Positions 1 through 11,216 are shown, counted from the stretch's first letter. The stretch is DNA of 64,000 bases from Rebecca billardiae RCC1528 (GCA_965240325.2 OZ251224.1:1798001-1862000); one strand, 5' to 3'. A program made the numbers and translations. Notes: generated by a model not told the origin, from the sequence alone.

Positions 1-2608
1 TAAAGTTGTAAAGTGTAAAGTAGGTCCGGGAGCGCACGTCCGGACGGGGCATCGAGCACGAGCCAGGCAAGCACCCAGCCCGGCGTGTAAAGTTGTAAAG
101 TGTAAAGTAGGTCCGGGAGCCCAGCCGGACATGTCCGGCCAGTCCGACCGGACGCGTGCTGGCCGCCGCGCCGCCGGCCGCGGGCGCGAGAGGGCCTGTA
201 AAGTTGTAAAGTGTAAAGTAAGTCCGGGAGCGCACGTCCGGACGGGGCATCGAGCACGAACCAGGCCAGCACCCAGCCCGGCGTGTACTAAGTTGTAAAG
301 TGTAAAGTAGGTCCGGGAGCCCAGCCGGACATGTCCGGCCAGTCCGACCGGACGCGTGCTGGCCGCCGCGCCGCCGGCCGCGGGCGCGAGAGGGCCTGTA
401 AAGTTGTAAAGTGTAAAGTAAGCCCGGGAGCGCACGTCCGGACGGGGCATCGAGCACGAACCAGGCCAGCACCCAGCCCGGCGTGTACTAAGTTGTAAAG
501 TGTAAAGTAGGTCCGGGAGGCCAGCCGGACATGTCCGGCCAGTCCGACCGGACGCGTGCTGGCCGCCGCGCCGCCGGCCGCGGGCGCGAGAGGGCCTGTG
601 AAGTTGTAAAGTGTAAAGTAAGTCCGGGAGCGCACGTCCGGACGGGGCATCGAGCACGAACCAGGCCAGCACCCAGCCCGGCGTGTAAAGTTGTAAAGTG
701 TAAAGTAGGTCCGGGAGGCCAGCCGGACATGTCCGGCCAGTCCGACCGGACGCGTGCTGGCCGCCGCGCCGCCGGCCGCGGGCGCGAGAGGGCCTGTAAA
801 GTTGTAAAGTGTAAAGTAAGTCCGGGAGCGCACGTCCGGACGGGGCATCGAGCACGAACCAGGCCAGCACCCAGCCCGGCGTGTACTAAGTTGTAAAGTG
901 TAAAGTAGGTCCGGGAGGCCAGCCGGACATGTCCGGCCAGTCCGACCGGACGCGTGCTGGCCGCCGCGCCGCCGGCCGCGGGCGCGAGAGGGCCTGTAAA
1001 GTTGTAAAGTGTAAAGTAAGTCCGGGAGCGCACGTCCGGACGGGGCATCGAGCACGAGCCAGGCCAGCACCCAGCCCGGCGTGTAAAGTTGTATAAAGTG
1101 TAAAGTAGGTCCGGGAGCCCAGCCGGACATGTCCGGCCAGTCCGACCGGACGCGTGCTGGCCGCCGCGCCGCCGGCCGCGGGCGCGAGAGGGCCTGTAAA
1201 GTTGTAAAGTGTATAGTAGGTCCGGGAGCGCACGTCCGGACGGGGCATCGAGCACGAGCCAGGCCAGCACCCAGCCCGGCGTGTACTAAGTTGTAAAGTG
1301 TAAAGTAGGTCCGGGAGCCCAGCCGGACATGTCCGGCCAGTCCGACCGGACGCATGCTAGCCGCCGCGCCGCCGGCCGCGGGCGCGAGAGGGCCTGTAAA
1401 GTTGTAAAGTGTAAAGTAGGTCCGGGAGCGCACGTCCGGACGGGGCATCGAGCACGAGCCAGGCAAGCACCCAGCCCGGCGTGTAAAGTTGTACAGTGTA
1501 AAGTAGGTCCGGGAGCCCAGCCGGACATGTCCGGCCAGTCCGACCGGACGCGTGCTGGCCGCCGCGCCGCCGGCCGCGGGCGCGAGAGGGCCTGTAAAGT
1601 TGTAAAGTGTAAAGTAAGTCCGGGAGCGCACGTCCGGACGGGGCATCGAGCACGAACCAGGCAAGCACCCAGCCCGGCGTGTAAATAAAGTTGTAAAGTG
1701 TAAAGTAGGTCCGGGAGGCCAGCCGGACATGTCCGGCCAGTCCGACCGGACGCGTGCTGGCCGCCGCGCCGCCGGCCGCGGGCGCGAGAGGGCCTGTAAA
1801 GTTGTAAAGTGTAAAGTAAGTCCGGGAGCGCACGTCCGGACGGGGCATCGAGCACGAACCAGGCAAGCACCCAGCCCGGCGTGTAAATAAAGTTGTAAAG
1901 TGTAAAGTAGGTCCGGGAGGCCAGCCGGACATGTCCGGCCAGTCCGACCGGACGCGTGCTGGCCGCCGCGCCGCCGGCCGCGGGCGCGAGAGGGCCTGTA
2001 AAGTTGTAAAGTGTAAAGTAAGTCCGGGAGCGCACGTCCGGACGGGGCATCGAGCACGAGCCAGGCCAGCACCCAGCCCGGCGTGTAAAGTTGTGAAGTG
2101 TAAAGTAGGTCCGGGAGCCCAGCCGGACATGTCCGGCCAGTCCGACCGGACGCGTGCTGGCCGCCGCGCCGCCGGCCGCGGGCGCGAGAGGGCCTGTAAA
2201 GTTGTAAAGTGTAAAGTAAGTCCGGGAGCGCACGTCCGGACGGGGCATCGAGCACGAACCAGGCCAGCACCCAGCCCGGCGTGTAAAGTTGTAAAGTGTA
2301 AAGTAGGTCCAGGAGCCCAGCCGGACATGTCCGGCCAGTCCGACCGGACGCGTGCTGGCCGCCGCGCCGCCGGCCGTCAGCGGGCGCGAGAGGGCCTGCA
2401 AAGTTGTAAAGTGTAAAGTAAGTCCGGGAGCGCACGTCCGGACGGGGCATCGAGCACGAACCAGGCCAGCACCCAGCCCGGCGTGTAAAGTTGTAAAGTG
2501 TAAAGTAGGTCCGGGAGCCCAGCCGGACATGTCCGGCCAGGCCGACCGGACGCGTGCTGGCCGCCGCGCCGCCGGCCGCGCCCGCGGGCGCGAGAGGGCC
2601 TGTAAAAG
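1..2608. repeat. Tandem satellite, ~198-202 bp period, ~13 units, runs off the left edge
   Basis: The motif TAAAGTTGTAAAGTGTAAAGTA(G/A)GTCCGGGAG alternates with two fixed GC-rich segments. CCAGCCGGACATGTCCGG recurs every ~200 bp (121, 321, 521 ... ~2519). Confidence 0.97.
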
Positions 2609-4326
2609 TAGGGGGGCCAAACCGCCCATTTAAAAATGAAAAGCAAAGTCGCGTCGCATTTTCGCTCCGCCCTCGGCCTTTTAGGGTGGCGCGGAGCCTT
2701 TTTCTCGGACCTCGCTCGAAAATCGAGCTCCGACGCCTTCGGGCGCTCAGAGCTCGGTTCCGCTCCAGACGAGCGGCCGGAGGCAGTGGACCGCCGCGCG
2801 CTCGCGACCTCTGAGACGCCGAGATGGTCTCGGGTGCGCGCGCGCGTGACGCTGGTGGGCGCTACTGACCCGTGCCTTTGCGCCACCAGCGGCTCACCAC
2901 CCGCTTCTTGGCCACCTCGCGCCGTGCGCGGCGCGCGTCGGCCGGCTTGAATTGGTGCGCTGCGTACGCCCGCTACGCTACCGCACGGTGTGGCGCATGA
3001 TCAACTCGGACCAATGAGATCGATGCTCGGACCAATCGTCCATGTATGTCTGTGAATGCCCAGCTCGCCTAACCTGCCCTACTGCGCCGGAATCGCCGTC
3101 AGCAGACCGGCGCGAGCTCGCGCACAGCACCTCCGCGGAGCTCGCAACTGTCATGTTCCGCTTGTAGGGCCCGTGTTTGCACCTGCCGTGGCACTTGCGA
3201 TGGTCAGTACGTTGGGTATGGGTCACATGTGCCCTCTGATGGCGTCTGGGCGCCTCCCATTCGCCTCTCAGGACGTCGCGGACGTGCTCGCAGGCAGCGG
3301 TTGGCTCATTCGACAGGTCCGACGTGCACTCGACCGTGCCTGCAAGCGCGCCCCTGTGACGCTCATGCCTGCAGAAGCAGATGCAGATGGGCCCTCATGC
3401 ACCCTGGTGCGCCCAAGACCGGCGGGAGCGTCAGAGACCGTCTCAATCTTGACACCTTGCACACGCCGGCGCTTGACGTTGGGCTCCGCGCAGCCAGCCA
3501 GGAGCGCCGAACAGCGCCGGATCAGCCTCTGTAGGCCGAATATCCGCCCCTAAGCCCGGAACTAGCGCGGAACAGGGTAGTGCGTACCTATGTGGACCAA
3601 TCCCATCCAGCCTGGTTTGGTGCAGACACGCCAGCCACCGCCTGGAGCAGACGTTTGCTGCCGAATCGCATGCTCGGCACTGTGCCGCACTGCGACGACG
3701 ACAGATTTGACCTGCCTCGTAGGTCTCGGCCAGGGAGCGGTGACGGTTGGCTCGAGTGACTTTAAACCTTGACTATGACCGAGAGCACTCCCGGGCTGAG
3801 GACGTGGGGCCGGTGCTTTGGGTCTAATATGTCTGCAATACGCCGTACGCGTGGCCGTATACACAGTCTGAAAACGTATCTCGCAGCTCGAGATCAGCGA
3901 TGAGGCTGTATTCATCAGCATGGCGCCTATATACACAGTGGGTATGTAACGATCGGTGGCTTCTAGGAAACTACATATTTGACAGCCTGCCAGTACACAG
4001 CCTATATCGCATGTTGGGACCTGCTGCTGCTGGGGACTCAGAACGATCTCGCTGAGATGCTCTAACAAAGTGAGGTCGACATGGTCTATATGTCACATAT
4101 AGGACGACCGTTATATGCCGTTTCCAATAAGTTCAGGCTCATTCTAATAAGTAAATATGCTAGCCGTTACGCCCTATATTCAGGGTATGTGCACCTGATT
4201 TTTTTACATGGCCGGCCCAGACCCCTCCAGAGGGCAAATGATCCAGCCCGAAATCAGCTCTAAACACTCGCTAGGACCCGCGCTCGTGGCCGTCAGTAAC
4301 GCTACAGTGCCACTTTGGCCCCCCTA
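2609..4326. mobile_element. Non-autonomous TIR DNA transposon (~1.7 kb), hAT-like ends, inserted in the satellite
   Basis: Perfect 13-bp TIR TAGGGGGGCCAAA (2609-2621) / TTTGGCCCCCCTA (4314-4326). Flanking direct repeat GTAAAAG (2602-2608, 4327-4333). No recognisable intact transposase. Confidence 0.85.
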
Positions 4327-4559
4327 GTAAAAGTGTAAAGTTGTGAAGTGTAAAGTAAGTCCGGGAGCGCACGCCCGGACGGGGCATTCGAGCACGAGCC
4401 AGGCCAGCACCCAGCCCGGCCTGTAAAGTTGTAAAGTGTAAAGTAGGTCCGGGAGCCCAGCCGGACATGTCCGGCCAGTCCGACCGGACGCATGCTGGCG
4501 CGCCGGCCGCGGCGGCCGCCGCGCCGCCGGCCGCGCCCGCGGGCGCGAGAGGGCCTGTA
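4327..4559. repeat. Single variant satellite unit between two insertions
   Basis: Same unit as 1-2608, with variants (TTGTGAAG, GGGGCATTCG, ACGCATGCTGG) shared with 5930-6185. Confidence 0.95.
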
Positions 4560-5929
4560 GCGTCTTAACCCCTATTGTGGAACGATTTTCGGGTTTTCCA
4601 CCCCTAGGGCGAGGTAGTGCGGCTCGGCGAGCGAACTTAAGGTGTCAGGCACTGGCCATGGGTCCTACCGAAGGGACCATACACCTCTGAGGGTGCGGAG
4701 CTCGGAGCTCGCCCGCCCGCGCGCGCGCGCGCGCGCGCGCCCGCGGGGTGCGTTGACGGGTCGACTGACCCCTATTGTGGAACGATTTTGGTTCCTCGCT
4801 CAGGACGGTACCACTGCTGGCTCCTGAGCGTTCGCAGTCGGCCCGCTGGCGCTCGCCGGCGCGCTGGTGGTGAGGGCACCCGCCCTCGACCTCGCAGCCG
4901 CCGGGGGGCACGTCTTGCCCGCACGAACCCTCTCCACGATGAGTGATGCGGTCGACGAGCGTGTCCGTCATCGACGCTCGCTCGCCTTCGCGTGGCGCCT
5001 GAGCCGCCGCCGACACCACCGCTTCCAGGGCATGCTGGAGAGCGTCGAGAAGGGCGCGCCACTACGCAGGAAGAGAAGCGCCGCATCGATGCAGACCTGC
5101 CGCGTGGTCGGCGCGAAGCTGAGTAGCGCTATCTCCACGACCTGGTCGGTGTGATCTGCTCGACCGTCACAGCCGCTCAGCCGCGGCTTCAGCCCCAGCG
5201 GCCTCGACGGGCTGGTCGGGTCCTTCACCATCCGACAGAGCGTGGCCCGTTGTCACTGCATATGAGCCGAAGTCGGCGAAAGCTGTGCCCTCACGCCAGC
5301 TCCCGGCTCTACACACAGTCCCTGATGGCTGCATCCGGAGGGTCGTAGTCCACTCGCGCCCAGCCGCTTCGCGCTGCGCGGCTCCCGCGCGGTCGGCAGG
5401 CGATGAAGCTGCTTTGCGGGGTTGGGCGTCGCCTGACGGCCCGGTACCCTCGGCTACGCGTTCGTCATCGCCACCAGTCAGCTCGCGCCGCCGCACCGCC
5501 CCCCGCCGCGGCGGGGCGTCCTCGACCCTCCAACCCAGGAATCAGCCATGCTGACCTGACCCAATTCGTGTCACTCGCGCTCCATCCACGAGTGCGGCAG
5601 CGGCAAGCCGGCTTGATTCCCTGCCCGGGCTGCTTTCGGGGAGCTCCCAAAAATACCGAGCGCGCTCTCCCGGCCGAAGCTTCGGCCTACAGGAGCCGAA
5701 AACCATTTTTTCACACCAGATTCTCAGGTCTGACTCCAGCAAACGATCGGCTGCGGACGGCGCTGGGGCGGGGCTATGGCGACGTTCTTGGGCTCGTTGG
5801 ACGCGCCTTGGCCAGGCGCACACGGCGGTAGCCGCCGATCTCATCGCCTCCGCGACATCCGAGCTCTACATAGGAAAAACTGGCGCCGTTCCACAATAGG
5901 GGTCCGTTCCACAATAGGGGTTAAGACGT
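4560..5929. mobile_element. Non-autonomous TIR DNA transposon (~1.37 kb) with TA target duplication (Tc1/mariner-like)
   Basis: 24-bp perfect TIR CGTCTTAACCCCTATTGTGGAACG (4561-4584 / 5905-5928). TA at 4558-4559 and 5930-5931. Internal copies of the TIR core at ~4768-4784 and ~5887-5903. Confidence 0.85.
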
Positions 5930-6185
5930 TAAAAGTGTAAAGTTGTGAAGTGTAAAGTAAGTCCGGGAGCGCACGCCCGGACGGGGCATTCGAGCACGAG
6001 CCAGGCCAGCACCCAGCCCGGCCTGTAAAGTTGTAAAGTGTAAAGTAGGTCCGGGAGCCCAGCCGGACATGTCCGGCCAGTCCGACCGGACGCATGCTGG
6101 CCCGCCGGCCGCGGCGGCCGCCGCGCCGCCGCGGCCGCGGGCGCGAGAGGGCCTGTAAAGTTGTAAAGTGTAAAGTAAGTCCGGG
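5930..6185. repeat. Last plus-orientation satellite unit(s)
   Basis: Same unit sequence; similarity ends after TAAAGTAAGTCCGGG at ~6185. Confidence 0.95.
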
Positions 6186-6474
6186 CGGGACGACGCGGCC
6201 GGACGCGATTTGGATCGCGATGCCGGCGCCCGCGATCGACCCGCCCGGGCGAGGGAGGTAGGTGAGGGAGGGCGATTCGATGCCGGTCGAGGGCGCCACC
6301 ACCTACCGATGGCGCGGCGCGGGCGCGGCTGAGCAACACGCAGTAGTGCTGCTCGCCCGTGCGTGCGCGCGCTACGCCCGCCGCGGGCTGGCGAGTCACG
6401 CCTCTACGGCGCACGTTGCACGCCACAGCCAGGGCCGTTCAACCCGCTGCACGCAGTGTGCAGTGCGCATCCGT

Positions 6475-7373
6475 ATTGACACTGCGCCACAAGGGGGGGG
6501 TCCAAAATTGTCCCCGCCGACGGCTCGATGGCTGCCGCACGTGCGTGCCCCGCGTGCCTTGCGCGTGTACGTGCACGGTAGGGCGTCCCGACAGCGAGGG
6601 CGGGGTGGCGTAGATGGTCTCATGGGAGGTGTGCCCGTGTGCCGGAGACGCTTCGACACCTTGGTGGCGTGCGCACACTTCTCCTTGCCGCCGCTTGCCT
6701 GCTGCAGTGCTCGGCCAGCCGTGTTGAGAGCACGCCTGCGCGTGCATGGCCAATGTCGGGCGGATCGAGCCGTAGTGAGTGCGCGTGCGGGTACTCCTAC
6801 CCGATGCGTCTCCCTACCACTGTCGCAAGCCCTCGTGCGCGTCGTGAAGCCTGTCGAATCCAGTCGGGCACATGCCCAACATGCTCGCGAACAATGACCG
6901 AGCAATGGCGTCAAATGCGCTATTTGAAAATAAAACTGGCCAGCATGTCGCATACCACCATGATAAAGTTGACACGTCGTGGGTTCGAGTGCACGGCTTA
7001 GGGTTGACGTACAAGAGCTACTGCGACAGTGGTAGAGAGACGCATCGGGTAGGAGTACCCGCACGCGCACTCAATACGGCTCGATCCGCCCGACATTGGC
7101 CATGCACGCGCAGGCGTGCTCTCAACACGGCTGGCCGAGCACGCAGCAGGCAAGCGGCGGCAACGAGAGGTGTGGGCACGCCACCAAGGTGTCGAAGCGT
7201 CTCCGGCACACGGGCACACCTCCCACGAGACCATCTACGCCACCCCGCCCTCGCTGTCGGGACGCCCTACCGTGCACGTACACGCGCAAGGCACGCGGGG
7301 CACGCACGTGCGGCAGCCATCGAGCCGTCGGCGGGGACAATTTTGGACCCCCCCCTTGTGGCGCAGTGTCAAT
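6475..7373. repeat. Long inverted repeat: ~352-bp arms with 194-bp spacer (foldback/MULE-like element)
   Basis: 6475-6827 is the near-identical reverse complement of 7022-7373 (ATTGACACTGCGCCACAAGGGGGGG... / ...CCCCCCCTTGTGGCGCAGTGTCAAT). No TSD found. Confidence 0.93.
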
Positions 7374-8289
7374 TGCTGGGCGCCATTTGGCGCGAGGGGC
7401 AGCGCGGTCGTCCACGCGTGCTGTGTGTAGCGGGGCGCACAGCGCGAAAAGGTCGTATCATGGCGGCGGCGGCATGGCCGCGGCGGCCAGCAGCACCAGT
7501 GGCGCGGCCCACAGCCGCGTGGTCACGGCGCTGCAGCAAACGCCGCGCGCCGGAGGGCTGCAAACTGCTGCGAGCGCGCAACCGGCGCCTTGCCGCGCGA
7601 GCCACCGTGCCTGCGCTGCACGGCCGCGCAGGCCACGCGTGGTGAGGGGGCGAGCCCGTCGGCACCGTCAAAAGGAAGCCACGAAGGCGCACGGCAGCTG
7701 CGCCTGCGCGGCCGTGCGCGTGGACACACGCGTCGTCCACGCAGCAGAGGTCGATGCCGTCTAGCTTGGCGAAGTAGAAGACAATCCGCCGCCAGTGCTC
7801 ACTGCGCTTGTAGTCACACCATCGACTCGCCGTCGAACACGTCGCCAGTAGACCCGGCGAGCGCCCCGCGTACACGCGCGTAATCGGCGGCCAGCGCCCG
7901 GCGCCGCCGGGCGCGCACTGATCGGCTCGCCCGCGCCGCGCGAGCCGAGCTGCTCGTTTAGCCACGCGGCGAGGGCGGTTCGCGCGCCAGCTGGCGAGGC
8001 GGGAAGGTGCGCACGCCCGGCGCACGGGCGGCGCTGACCCGACGGCGCAGGTGCCGTCTACGCACGCGCTGCCCATTCGACCGCCTCGTTGTGCACGCGT
8101 GTGGGCCAAGCCGCGGGCACAGTGCGGGTGCGGAGGGCGTGCCACGCGGGCAGGCGCGCAAGCCACTCGCAGCGCACGACGCCGTCGCCGGCGGTGGCAA
8201 CGACCGCGGCGGGGATGTACGGGGGTCGCCGTCCGCCTTGGCCGTGAACAGCAGGCGCAGCCCGCCGCGGTAGATGCGCGTGCAGCCGC

Positions 8290-8830
8290 AGAGACGCAGA
8301 GTCACGAGGCTGTGGCTAACTGGACGCGCCCCAGACGGCGCATGCAGCGGGGCGCACCGCGCGGGAAGGTCACAAAATGGCGGCGGCGGCGCGGGCGCGG
8401 GCGCCATCAGCATGCGAGCAGCGGCAGCACGCCAGCGGCGATGCTTGCGCGCGCAGCCGCAGAGTCATGAGGCTGCGGTCAACCGGACGCGCCCCAGACG
8501 GCGCATGCAGCGGGGCGCACGGCGCGGGAAGGTCACAAAATGGCGGCGGCGGCGCGGGCGCGGGCGCCATCAGCATGCCGGCAGCGGCAGCACGCCGGTG
8601 GCGCTGCTTGTGCGCGCAGCCGCAGAGCCGCAGAGTCACGAGGCTGTGGCCAACCGGACGCGCGCCACATGGCGCATGCAGCGGGGCGCACTGTGGGACG
8701 GTCACAAAATGGCGGCGGCGGCGCGGGCGCGGGCGCCACCAGCATGCCGGCAGGCAGCAGCACGCCGGTGGCGCTGCTTCTGCGCGCAGCCGCAGAGTCA
8801 CGAGGGTGTGGCCAACCGGACGCGCGCACC
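8290..8830. repeat. Tandem repeat, ~165-bp unit, ~3.3 copies
   Basis: GAGTCAYGAGG recurs at ~8299, 8462, 8633 and 8795. GGTCACAAAATGGCGGCGGCGGCGCGGGCGCGGGCGCCA occurs three times. Confidence 0.9.
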
Positions 8831-9219
8831 ACCAGCAGCCGTGTAGTCACGGCGCTGCTGCCAACGTTGTGCGCCAGGGCGAGCTCGTTGGTGTCGTTGA
8901 AGAGGAAGCGCACTGGCCACGCTGGCGTGGCCGTGCGCGCGGACGCACACATCACGACGTGGCCGAGGGGTCACAGCAGAGCTGCCCGAGCGCGCACGCG
9001 GAAACACACTCTACCTTGCTTCACGCTCTACTTTGCTTCGTAGTGGGTAGTCCCCCGACTCACCCACGTCACGCGTGTGCTCTGACCAACGCGCGCACGT
9101 GCAGATCGCGTCGTCGAGGGCGGGCGGCTTCTGAACGTGCTTGCGAACACCATCGACCATGGCGGCGAACATCGCGCCGCCGCTCGGGCTGCGGGATCCC
9201 GGATTGGACCCGCGAAAGC

Positions 9220-10127
9220 CCCGGACTTACTTAATTTACACTTTACAACTTTTACGGGGGGTTGCTGGGCCAAGCAGCTTGCGCGGGCGCGCGATGCCCC
9301 GTCCGGAGGCGCCCGGATTTACTTTTTCACACTGTCACACAGCGATCCCGGTTCGTGTAATCTGGCCTCGCGAACGAACTCACGAACCTTGGTTCGCGAA
9401 CCACGGCAGTTCGCGAACTCACGGCCTCCCCGACGGCCCTCTCGCGAACGAACTCGCGAACTTTCGCGAACCGTACGCGAACCGATTATTTATTCGATTT
9501 AATAGGAAAACTTGATTAAATATTGAATATTCTCCCGGTTTGGCGGAAATCATATTGGAATATCGACCCAAGATTACCTTGAGATTGGCCGCTTACATAT
9601 GGGAGATTGATAGTGTTGGGGTTCACGAACAGTTCGCTTAGTTCGCGAACCGGTTCGCGAGTTCGCGAACTTCGCTCGGAGGCCAGCCGATGAGGCGAAC
9701 GAACGCGAACCTAGGCGAACAAACACCGTTCGCGAACCCGTTCGCGAACTTTTTCAACGAACCGGGATCGCTGCTGTCACAGACACGCCCTCGTGCGCCC
9801 GGCAGCCGGCCGGCGCGGCGCGTCGGCACAGCCCGCACGCGTGCGTGGCCGGACGGCTGTCCGGATAGGTCCGGCCTGGCTCCCGGATGTACTTTACACT
9901 TTACAACTTTGCACTGCCTCTCGGCCGCGGCGCCCCGGCGACCGGCCGGCGCCGGGCGGAGGCGCCGGTGAGTGCCGGGCCCGGTGGCAGCTGGCACGGC
10001 CCGGCCGCACGCGTCCGGTCGGACTGGCCGGACATGTCCGGCTGGGCTCCCGGACCTACTTTACACTTTACAACTTTACACGCAGGTCTGGATGCGGGCC
10101 TGGCTCGAGCTCGATGCCCCGTCCGGA
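9220..10127 (-). repeat. Degenerate satellite units in inverted orientation
   Basis: ACTTTACACTTTACAACTTT-type motifs at ~9235, 9891 and 10059. 10005-10080 is an almost exact reverse complement of the satellite unit. Confidence 0.92.
9340..9773. mobile_element. hAT-type MITE, 434 bp
   Basis: 17-bp perfect TIR CAGCGATCCCGGTTCGT / ACGAACCGGGATCGCTG. 8-bp TSD CTGTCACA (9332-9339, 9774-9781). Many subterminal TTCGCGAA / CGAAC motifs and an AT-rich core. Confidence 0.93.
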
Positions 10128-10247
10128 TAGGGCATAGGCGGTCGAACGGGTCAGTTATCGACAGGACTTCACAGATACGGTAGATACACGCTAAAGTTCG
10201 TATATTCAGTAGCAGTCGTACTTTGTTACAAGCTTTACTATTCAGAC

Positions 10248-10300
10248 GACGATGATGATGATGATGATGATGATGATGATCATTGATGATGATGATGATT
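10248..10300. repeat. (GAT)n microsatellite
   Basis: Directly visible. Confidence 0.95.
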
Positions 10301-11216
10301 ATAATGATTCTAGTAGTCTCAGCTTAGCTAGAGACGAGAGAGAGAGCAGCTAGACTATGCTGAATGACTGTTCCGGCGGACGCCAGAATAACTTTCAAGA
10401 GAATGACAGACGCCGAGACGACTCGAGTCGGATATCTATCTATCAATGTCTGAGATGACTGACCGGGATTGAAGTATAGTATTATAGCAAACTTGAATGT
10501 TGTACAAATTCTAGATCTAGCTTAGTAGTGACAGTCACAGTTAGTTACCGTACCGAGATAGCTACCAATGTTACTAACTATAGCAGTAACAACGTTATTA
10601 CTAGTTAGTAATAACAATGTTACTATCAAAATAAAATTTAGTTAGTAATAAAAATGATCATGATGCCGTTGGCATGCGTAAATGGTGAATATTATTTTGG
10701 GTTTTAATTTTGTGTTCTTTATATTTTGACATTAAATTATATATTTGTGTGTGTGTGGTTTCGGATGTTTCGTTGTCTCCAGTGACGAATCTGATTATCC
10801 TCCGCGTCGTACTACGGGTGTTACTATCAGCGTCTAGTAGGTGTGCGGATATGTAACCTTCTCGTCAGGGGACGATAAGGGTCCGCGCAGTGGCTCGGAG
10901 TCGGACCGGGCAGGCAGGGGCCGCGACGATACTGAATAACTGCCAGCAGTACGGCATCAGTAATTGACTGACGCCACTTCGTCAGGCTGCGTCACACCGG
11001 GTCCGGGACGGCTTTTAATAAAGCCGGTACGGCCGCACGGGACTACTGTCTACTCGCTGGCTGCTGCCAGCCCGCCGCGCCGCCAGGCCCGTAGCTGAGC
11101 GGTGCCACTCGGCACTCGGCCTCGGGCCCGGGGGCCCGGGCGGGCCAGCCCGTGCGCCTTCGGCCGAATCAGAAAAGGTGACACTCCGGGACAGCAGGAA
11201 GCCTACTATCACCTAG

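Noticed and set aside
1-30. GTAAAGT repeats as telomeric repeats
   Set aside because: Only three imperfect copies per subunit, embedded in GC-rich units; not a TTAGGG-type terminal tract.
1-2608. CRISPR-like array (32-bp repeat with spacers)
   Set aside because: Only two 'spacers' alternate and are themselves repeated. There are no cas genes and the context is eukaryotic.
1-2629. Long ORFs (720, 447, 323 aa) in the satellite
   Set aside because: These are translations of a tandem repeat that switch frame with unit-length variants; no protein-like composition.
2609-4326. Intact transposase or Fanzor/TnpB in the TIR elements
   Set aside because: Only short ORFs are present; no DDE, RuvC or zinc-finger motif set was recognisable.
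10140-11200. tRNA, rRNA or snRNA genes in AT-richer spacers
   Set aside because: No cloverleaf, A/B boxes or conserved rRNA/snRNA sequence recognised by eye here or in the other spacers. An Infernal/tRNAscan run would be needed to exclude them.
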